From the IMG/VR virus record IMGVR_UViG_3300025728_000008, positions 1 to 64,000 of that record: 64,000 nt of DNA. One strand, 5' to 3'. Shown here piece after piece: positions 56,376-64,000 of the stretch (positions are counted from its first letter, which is position 1; each line of letters begins with the position of its first letter). The notes under the pieces were generated by a model. That model had not been told where the DNA came from, did no database searches, and worked only from the letters and a program-made list of their open reading frames with translations. The position numbers and the translations under genes were made by a program. Source of the stretch: a virus.

Positions 56376-56529
56376 AACTAAATAAATATATTGGTTTAGT
56401 TGTGGATAATATGGTAATCACTGGAATAGAAAAATATTTTGATGTATCAACTGAAAAAGAGGAAAAATGCTTTATTATAAATAATAGATATGGTGTAAAT
56501 TGTGAATTGTTCATAGAATCATATATGTA

Positions 56530-56588
56530 AATTTTTGAATAAACCTGCCTTAGAACAAATGTTCATAGGTGGGATTATTCAAAAAATT
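56530..56588 (+). promoter_or_regulatory. long hairpin (RNase III-like site or terminator)
   Basis: atttttgaataa/ttattcaaaaaat outer stem and cctgcct/aggtggg inner stem. Confidence 0.55.
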
Positions 56589-56622
56589 ATTCGCAAAAAA
56601 ATAAAAAAATTCTTTTTTAAAA

Positions 56623-56651
56623 GAAGGAATCTTTTCACTTTTGGCGAATAT
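56623..56651 (+). promoter_or_regulatory. sigmaH-type promoter 4
   Basis: GAAGGAATC-11-GGCGAATAT. Confidence 0.75.
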
Positions 56652-56697
56652 AGTATAGTAAGAACAAAAAATAATTATTTAAAAGGGGAAATGACAA

Positions 56698-57066
56698 ATG
56701 ATTAAACAAGTAAATGAAACGGTTAACCCACTTGCAAGATTCAGCGCTTTAAATGAAGATGTTAAAATTTATGTTCCTTCTACTGTTAGTGTATCGCATG
56801 AAGTTGACAATTCAACATTTGTAAAATATGTAGAAACTCAACTTTCTCAAGTATTTGGTGGTTGTACTACTTATTCAGCAAATGGAAACTATGTATCAAA
56901 TGATGGACATCTCATATCTGAAAAAGTGAATATAGTTCAAGCCTTTACAACTGAATTGCAAAATGAAGATATAGAAAAAGCAATTCAAATATGTGAATAT
57001 CTAAAACATGAGATGTCACAAGAATGTGTTTCTTTAGAAGTCAAGGGAAAATTATACTTTATCTAA
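56698..57066 (+). CDS. hypothetical protein, possibly DUF3574/PII-like fold
   Basis: FGGCT...G.Y...G..I.E...QE.V pattern. Confidence 0.55.
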   Translation: MIKQVNETVNPLARFSALNEDVKIYVPSTVSVSHEVDNSTFVKYVETQLSQVFGGCTTYSANGNYVSNDGHLISEKVNIVQAFTTELQNEDIEKAIQICEYLKHEMSQECVSLEVKGKLYFI

Positions 57067-57099
57067 ACATAAAAAATAATTATTTATTTTTTCGAGAAA

Positions 57100-57128
57100 G
57101 AAGGAATCTTTCTTTCTTTCTCGAATAT
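57100..57128 (+). promoter_or_regulatory. sigmaH-type promoter 5
   Basis: GAAGGAATC-11-CTCGAATAT, embedded in an inverted repeat (tcgagaaagaa/ttctttctcga). Confidence 0.75.
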
Positions 57129-57174
57129 AGTATAGTAAGACAAAAAAAATAACCGTATAAAGGGGAAATGTTCT

Positions 57175-58164
57175 ATGAAAAAAGTATCTAAATTAGTTGC
57201 TAAAATTGGTCTTGTTATTGCAATGTTTGGTAGTGGGTTCGCTGTAAACGAAATGATTCATGACAATGAGGTTCAAGCGCAAAAAGCAATTTCTACACCA
57301 GTTCAAGACATGGCAAAAGAAGAAGGGTTCAACATTGCTACTATTCCGAGTGATAAAGACAACATTTTCACACAATATTTTACAATCAAAAAAGTTTGGG
57401 ATAACGTTGTTGAAGCTGAAAATACATTCTATAAATACGATATAGTTTTCTTAGAAAAGACAGATTTTGACAATGTTGAATTGAAAGAAGGCGTGAAAAT
57501 TGCGGTTACTTATAATCATGATACAGTTGTAACAGTCACAAAAGCCGAACAAGAGCCACAAAAGAAAGAAGATACACCGCCACCAGTTGAACAAGTAAAA
57601 CCCGTCACACAAGAAAAACAAGTCGCTAAACCAATTGCAAAAGTTGACAATGTAACAACTGAAAAACCTGTCAAAAAAGAGGTAAAACAAGATAAACCAA
57701 AAAATGACAAAAAGCAAGTAGCACAAGAAAAGCCACAAGTCAAGACTGAAAAACCTGTCCAAAATCAGACTAAAGAACAAGCTAAACCAATTGTAAAACC
57801 CGAACAAAAAGAGCAAAAGAAACAAAATGATTCGTTTATTGAAAAAGATGAAAAACGTGCAAATTCGACAAAAGAATACATTATAACAGAGAATACACAA
57901 AACCAATTGATTCATGCAGAAAATGGAAATGAAAAGTATTTGTTAGAAAATGACAATTACAAAAAAGGTGACAAAATTAAAGTAACATTTGGTGACAGTG
58001 GTTATCATGATGACATCAAGAAACAAGAAAAGGTAATGAGTGATGAAGATAAAGCCTACAAAGATGCATTTGAGGAAAACGCAAAAACTGACATAAATCG
58101 TAATAACCCTAATTACGTACAAACCGAGGACGGTTCATTTGTACCGAAAAATTTCTGGAATTGA
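57175..58164 (+). CDS. exported protein with K/P/Q/E-rich linker
   Basis: N-terminal signal/TM helix; two small beta domains separated by a low-complexity linker. Confidence 0.75.
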   Translation: MKKVSKLVAKIGLVIAMFGSGFAVNEMIHDNEVQAQKAISTPVQDMAKEEGFNIATIPSDKDNIFTQYFTIKKVWDNVVEAENTFYKYDIVFLEKTDFDNVELKEGVKIAVTYNHDTVVTVTKAEQEPQKKEDTPPPVEQVKPVTQEKQVAKPIAKVDNVTTEKPVKKEVKQDKPKNDKKQVAQEKPQVKTEKPVQNQTKEQAKPIVKPEQKEQKKQNDSFIEKDEKRANSTKEYIITENTQNQLIHAENGNEKYLLENDNYKKGDKIKVTFGDSGYHDDIKKQEKVMSDEDKAYKDAFEENAKTDINRNNPNYVQTEDGSFVPKNFWN

Positions 58165-58229
58165 TTCACACAATTGTAACTTTTGCATAGAATACAGTAA
58201 GAACAAAAAATAATGATATAAAATAAAAA

Positions 58230-59540
58230 ATGAAAAGGTGGAATATTAATATGAAAACTCTTAAAAATGGCGTTCAAGTTGTGGAAAATGGATTGAAAGC
58301 AGATTTCGAAAAAACTCAAAATATGTTAGAAGAAAATGCATATACAGAAATATTTGATGCAGAATCAGCATTCGAGGACAGACCACAAAACAATTTTGAA
58401 AAAACTTACATTGTTAAAATTGAACGTCAAGAGGACTTCATGTTATTTACAAGAATGTTAACAAATGAATCAAACTGTATTGATAAAGAACGTAGTGTAG
58501 AATTATCAGAAAACCAACAATTGTATTATGCGGATAGAATCACAACGGATAAATTCCGTGAAAATCGTGATGAAATAAACGAACGTTTCAAAAATAAAAC
58601 ATGTGATTGCAAACCGTGTAATTTCAGAAAACCAACTTATGAAGAATGGCAAACGGGGAAATATGAAGGTAGAACAAAAATTAATAAAATTCTTAAAAGA
58701 AATGGATTCTCACAAGATGTACTTGATTACTATTCTTTACAAATCAAAGAAGAAAGTACAAAATGTATAACAATTTCATCTTTACCACAATTTATAGCAG
58801 GTATGTCCTACTGGTGCGAATTAGGCGAATGGGATGGTTACAGAGGTTCAAGTTGTCAAGATTTAAGACATGATGATGAAGATTATGCACTAAATATTGG
58901 TGGCGCTTTACATGATGACAAATTATTTATAGCAATGATGCATGAGAGCGTTGAAGATTTTGAAGATTTTACGGATAAAATGATTGCTAGAACTTTAATG
59001 AGATATGTCATAATTAATGGAGAACCTGCCTTAATTTCTTGTCAATATTATGGAAATAATACTACAAAAAATGAACTTGATAACGCAATGAACAAATTAA
59101 ATGAAGTGGGTATATTTGGAAGAAATATAACACGACAACGCTATGATGAGAATGGAAACAGCATCCGAGACAATGTAACAATTCATGAAGAAAGCGCAAA
59201 TGGAAAATATGAATATAGCGTTATTGATGAAGTAGACATAAACGAAACAATTGAGGAAACAGTGGATATTGATTGCCCTATGTGTAGTGGCTCTGGAAAG
59301 TATGAAGTATTTTCTCATAGAATTGATTCACATATAGAAATTGATTGTCCTATGTGTGGCGGTGGTGGTGAATATTCAGTATATGTATATGAAGAAATAG
59401 AAGTAAGTGAAGAAGTTGAAGGAACTAAAGAAATTCTTCCATACGTTGAAGGATACGACCACAATAGAGACAGAATAAAAATTGAAATTAATATGACACT
59501 TTTAGAAGAAGTCAGAAATTCATTTAAAGTTATTGCTTAA
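58230..59540 (+). CDS. hypothetical protein with DnaJ-type CxxCxGxG zinc finger (likely start 58251)
   Basis: CPMCSGSG and CPMCGGGG; WDGYRGSSCQ motif. Confidence 0.75.
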   Translation: MKRWNINMKTLKNGVQVVENGLKADFEKTQNMLEENAYTEIFDAESAFEDRPQNNFEKTYIVKIERQEDFMLFTRMLTNESNCIDKERSVELSENQQLYYADRITTDKFRENRDEINERFKNKTCDCKPCNFRKPTYEEWQTGKYEGRTKINKILKRNGFSQDVLDYYSLQIKEESTKCITISSLPQFIAGMSYWCELGEWDGYRGSSCQDLRHDDEDYALNIGGALHDDKLFIAMMHESVEDFEDFTDKMIARTLMRYVIINGEPALISCQYYGNNTTKNELDNAMNKLNEVGIFGRNITRQRYDENGNSIRDNVTIHEESANGKYEYSVIDEVDINETIEETVDIDCPMCSGSGKYEVFSHRIDSHIEIDCPMCGGGGEYSVYVYEEIEVSEEVEGTKEILPYVEGYDHNRDRIKIEINMTLLEEVRNSFKVIA

Positions 59541-59558
59541 TTGCAATAGCTTTTTTTT
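59527..59558 (+). terminator. intrinsic terminator closing the plus-strand island
   Basis: agttattgc-ttaatt-gcaatagct followed by a T run. Confidence 0.75.
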
Positions 59559-59559
59559 A

Positions 59560-61700
59560 TGTTCTATATTCAATTAGGGGTATATTCAAATATTTAAATA
59601 ATCGTGCTCTCGATTTTGTTCGATTTCAGCGCAATAAATTAGTATATTCAAATTTTACAATATATGGATCAGATTTTATAGTCAATATACGGTATATTCG
59701 GATAAAACGATATAGTCATTTCGAAATATCGTTAGATTTAAATTTCTGGATATGGTTTAAATTTTGAATCACAAAAAAAATTATTTGTCAACTTTTTTAT
59801 TTGTCAAGACTTTTCTATATGCGAAATGTACGATATTTGCGAGATGCGGTTTTAAGAGACTACCTAATACAAATATACGTTGAGCATTTATTTCTCCTGA
59901 CAAGCGAAAATAAGAGCCTTAAATAAAACATCTAATAATACTAATATACGTATAACCTTTCTATATTAAAGATATTGAATAATGATTTAATAAAGGTTGC
60001 TAACACATAAAAGCGAATATGTCAAACTTAATTAATAGCTACTTACTTTTAGTAGTAACACTTTGTATATACGTTTCTGATATACATCTTATTATTGCAA
60101 TGTATAATACAGTTCTTATATTCGATAAATAGGATAAACGAATATAAACAAAGTCGAATATACATTCTTATATCGCAATTAATAAACATAAAAGGAAACC
60201 TCATTTAACTTTTATTATTAACTTACTTTTAGTAATCCAATATAGAAACCATATTTACTTTCCTATTATAGATTCGATATACAAAAGTAATTAGGTTATT
60301 GAATTACATTATATTCCCTAATTATAAGCTACTATTATAAAGGATATTACTTACTTTATTATAGTAATAATACGAATAGTAAGTTATGGATATTAAATAA
60401 GGATATGAATATAAATAAGGTAATACAATATAGTATATAGATTACATATAGTAAGTGAATAATAAGAAGTAATTATATAAACTAATAATAGTAACTAATA
60501 TATAATAAGTATATAACATATAGTAATGTAATGCATATAAGTAATATGATATGTAATGTATAGTAATGTATATGATATAAGTATATGATTAATAGTAATG
60601 TAATAACTAATAGTAAGTAATAGTAATAACATAAGTAATATACTTAATATACATAACTAATATATAATACAATACTAATAGTATATATAGTACTAACATA
60701 TGTATAGTAACATATAATAAATAAGTATATAACATAACATATATAACTAATATATAATATATATAATAATATATAATAAGTATAATATAATAAGTAATGT
60801 ACTAACATAATGTAAGTAAAGTATATAACATAAGTAAGTAAGATAATGTAATAAGATAAAGTAATATTAGTAAACTGTAAATGTGAATAACAAATGATAA
60901 TCGTAATATCTCAAATGGTGAATATAAATAAATCGAGAATATGGAATATAGGAAATGTGGGATATTTATAAAATTGGATATTGTGGTGAATTTCTGAATA
61001 TGGTGAATGTGGATTATTGGATATTTCAATATGTGGATTTATGGAATTTGGGTTTGTGGGATTTTGGGGAAAATCATATTTACATATTTATATGTAGTGA
61101 ATCTGTAGTTTCGCCACTCAATATAAGATTGTATGCGTGTAGGAATCGCAAATAATTATCAATGTAAGCAACCCCGAAAATACGAATATTACAAGCGAAA
61201 ATGAGGACGAACATTCGTATCAAATAAATTATAAAATGTTCGTATTAGGGGAATGAATCAAAAAGGACAGTCAAACAAGCAACCCAACTACATGACATAC
61301 TAAATTGTTTCTAAAGATAACATAATTAATCTTATGGGGGTACTTTCTACCAAAACACTTGACGGATTCCCTCCAAAACCCTATAGCACTTCTTCCCTGC
61401 TACTCAGAGAAAATTGGAACGTACACGTGCTAAATCCGAACATTCGCCAATTTTTGTCCCACAAAATTCATGTAAAATCTTGTCCAAAACAACCTTAAAT
61501 TTCACCCACAAAATCATCAATTTCATACGTTATTTCACACGCTATATTATCGTCTATAAAGGGAACAATCCCGTACACGTATTCGTATGTGCAGGGGAGG
61601 GGGTATCTTCCGACCTTTTGTATATAATTCACTATATACCGTATACAGAGGATATAAATGAGCATAAAAAAAAGACACTATCTACCGTATGTAGAAGTGT
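59560..61700. other. about 2.1 kb non-coding tract with a low-complexity AT-rich core
   Basis: TAATAGTAA/TATAACATA-type repeats at 60300-60900 and GTGGATT-type repeats at 60940-61070; no credible ORF. Confidence 0.7.
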
Positions 61701-62058
61701 CAATTCTCGTGCTATTTCTTTATATAATCAATTACTTCTGTTTTGTATCCTTTATCCGTGAGACCTTTCATAATCCAACTAATAACATTGAAATCTAATC
61801 CTGTAATATCTTTTGCTTGATTAATATGATTTGTAGTTTTGATTCCACCTTCAAGCATATCATAGTAAAACAAATTCTTATCTATACGAATTACTTTAAT
61901 TTTCTTGTTCATTTTTATCTTCTTCCTTCAACGATTCTTTAGCCCACAAGTATCCAGTTTCGATATTTGTAATAGCAATTGATTTCTCTCTTCCATTCGG
62001 ACATAATAGACCAACCATAAAAATTAAATTCTTATATGCTTCTTTTAACATCTGTTCT

Positions 62059-62406
62059 TTATTCTCCATCATTAGCCACCCTTTTAATAAACATTTCCAT
62101 TTCTTCTGCTGACATATATTTTACGTATTTCATATTACCTTGTTCGTCTTTTTTAATGAAATCAACTTTACTTATTAATGAATCAAAATGTTCTTTCACA
62201 CCAAGACCCAATCCAGTTGTATCAATAATTACTTGATTTGGTTGATTATGTACAACGAGACTAATCAGAGATAATACAGCATCTTTTGTATTTTGTTCAC
62301 TATTGATACTCCAAGCACCAATGTATGTACCTTTTTTAATATCCATATTAAATACTTTCAAACAGTTTCTATAACAATCAACAAAAAATAATTTCATATT
62401 ATTCAT
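62059..62406 (-). CDS. hypothetical protein with a terminase-nuclease-like motif
   Basis: VIIDTTGLGLGV; start reset using SD AAGGAG. Confidence 0.5.
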   Translation of the reverse strand: MNNMKLFFVDCYRNCLKVFNMDIKKGTYIGAWSINSEQNTKDAVLSLISLVVHNQPNQVIIDTTGLGLGVKEHFDSLISKVDFIKKDEQGNMKYVKYMSAEEMEMFIKRVANDGE

Positions 62407-63053
62407 TCTCCTTATAATAAATGTTTTGTAATTCTTTTGACAAATACTCAATACAATGTGTATGACCCGAAAACATACGTTCTTTACCATTATCATCTAC
62501 AAGATTAATTGCTGACCGTTCTTCATCTTGATTCAACATTCTAAAACACTTATCACACATTAAGTCTACATATAAAGGTTTTCTTTGCATATTATTCAAT
62601 CCTTCCGTGACCATCAATATAATTTAACATTGCTTCTGCAAGTGCTTTTTCTAAATCCGTATTAATACCTCTTGCTGATTTATCTAATTGTAAATTTCTT
62701 ATTACAACTTCACATAACCCACCTGCATCTGACATTATATGTATTGAAAAACCTCTTTCAACTAATACTCTCATCATTTGGTTCATCATATAAATCACTC
62801 CTTATTTTTTTAATGATTTAACAACAAACTCTAACCAACCCAACGCCCACTTTGGATATTCAATCCAACCTGCAATATAGCCATCTCTGATTGAGAAGTC
62901 CCAAAATCCAGTCCATTCTTTTGCTTTAACAACAGCAAAGGTATACATACCTGCACCGATAAGCAAATAGAATCCTAATACCCATAATAAAAATGACATC
63001 CCATTATCTCCTTTTATTCAAGAATAAGGCAGGGAATAATCCCTACCTCAAGT

Positions 63054-63284
63054 TTATTTATTTTCTTCTTTCCACTCATTGATTCCTCTAACACCGATAC
63101 GTCTTAAAAGATTTTGGTCTTGACCTACTCCTAATGTCAATCCTTCAATTGGTTCTGCACTTACAATTTCAAATTCTAATTCAAACCCATTAGTTTTAAC
63201 ATTATAAATATTAACTTCTTGTGGCAACCCTAAAAGCTCTTTCAATTCTTCAAGATAAACAACTACTGGTCTTCGTCCTAACAT
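63054..63284 (-). CDS. hypothetical protein
   Basis: SD AAAGGGG; followed by hairpin at about 63027-63048. Confidence 0.65.
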   Translation of the reverse strand: MLGRRPVVVYLEELKELLGLPQEVNIYNVKTNGFELEFEIVSAEPIEGLTLGVGQDQNLLRRIGVRGINEWKEENK

Positions 63285-63304
63285 AGTATCAATCCCCTTT
63301 TATT

Positions 63305-63589
63305 CTAGAATAAATCTTTTAACTTTTGAGTGATACGGTTATTCTTTTCAATCTGTTCTTTTGCTTTGTCAATATCTGATTCTGCTTTAATGATTACTTC
63401 TTCTGCTTCATGAATAAGTTCATGTAAATTTTCTGTCTTCTTTGCTACACCATCAAACACACGTTTGAATGAATCAACTAAACCATCAACCTCTTGCCCA
63501 ATACTTTCAATCTTTCCATCACGGTCTAAATCAACTGGCGCTTGTTTATTCAACAATTTATCTAACCATTTCATAATATCATCCTCCAA
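63305..63589 (-). CDS. coiled-coil hypothetical protein
   Basis: ORF with SD GGAGG (likely start 63574). Confidence 0.65.
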   Translation of the reverse strand: MEDDIMKWLDKLLNKQAPVDLDRDGKIESIGQEVDGLVDSFKRVFDGVAKKTENLHELIHEAEEVIIKAESDIDKAKEQIEKNNRITQKLKDLF

Positions 63590-64000
63590 GTTTTATTAGT
63601 TTATAAGTTTAAGGGGCTTGAGCGCCCCATTATGTATTACTTGTCTGTCCAAAGGTCACAATCACAATCAGCAGGATGTGAGCCACATTTGCATTGTACA
63701 ATATCTTCTGCTTGACCTTCATTTGTGTCATCTGCATTTAAATTTCCTTTTGTATAAGGTAAAGCACCTTCAACACTAATATTGATTCCTTCTTCTGTTG
63801 CTTTTAAATCTTTGCCAATGATGATTAATCCTTCTGTGCTGATTTCTGGATTACGTCCATACATTAAACCAGTTACATAGTTTGCTAATTCTTGAGGATT
63901 TACTTCTTTGATTAATCCACGTTCGATTGAATCAAGATATCCATCATATGGTAATGATACACGAGTGTAATCTTCTTCTTCTAATAACTGATGCCCAACG

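Noticed and set aside
53128-61029. Minus-strand ORFs in the island and its flanks (e.g. 57451..57915, 60802..61029)
   Set aside because: Antisense to well-supported plus-strand genes or inside simple-sequence DNA.
1-64000. tRNA, rRNA, introns, inteins, arbitrium genes
   Set aside because: None were recognisable by eye; tRNAscan-SE and Infernal are needed to exclude them formally.

Overview
This 64 kb window is about 70% AT and looks like part of a large Bacillus-type tailed phage genome, probably an SPbeta-like or B. cereus-group temperate phage. It contains no structural genes, tRNA, rRNA or CRISPR array. From 1 to 51.8 kb and from 61.7 to 64 kb almost all genes are on the minus strand. An SPbeta-like replication block (SSB-like, AAA ATPase, 3D-domain protein, dNMP kinase, Zn-finger protein, DnaB-like helicase, primase, RecJ-like exonuclease) sits next to an XRE-like regulator and a tyrosine-recombinase-fold protein that lacks catalytic motifs (YopR/MrpR-like). 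The rest is a long early/accessory region of small ORFs behind more than 30 near-consensus sigmaA promoters. It includes NadR, PnuC, a macrodomain, a GIY-YIG nuclease, SprT, an M20/M28 peptidase, an Ocr-like DNA mimic, a protein kinase and an HD (alarmone-hydrolase-like) protein. A plus-strand island (53.2-59.6 kb) has five matching sigmaH-type promoters and long RNase III-like hairpins, and lies between two long repeat-rich non-coding tracts. The strongest unexplained signal is a palindromic site, ATAAAA-N6-TTTTAT, in 19 copies. Most copies sit between a stop codon and the next SD, bracketing single small genes in tandem arrays. Four copies carry a second palindrome, CCGTCTATWGACGG, 24-25 bp away. 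This is a candidate integron-like gene-cassette system in a phage, or alternatively an operator network. All functional calls come from motif recognition by eye; no searches were run.
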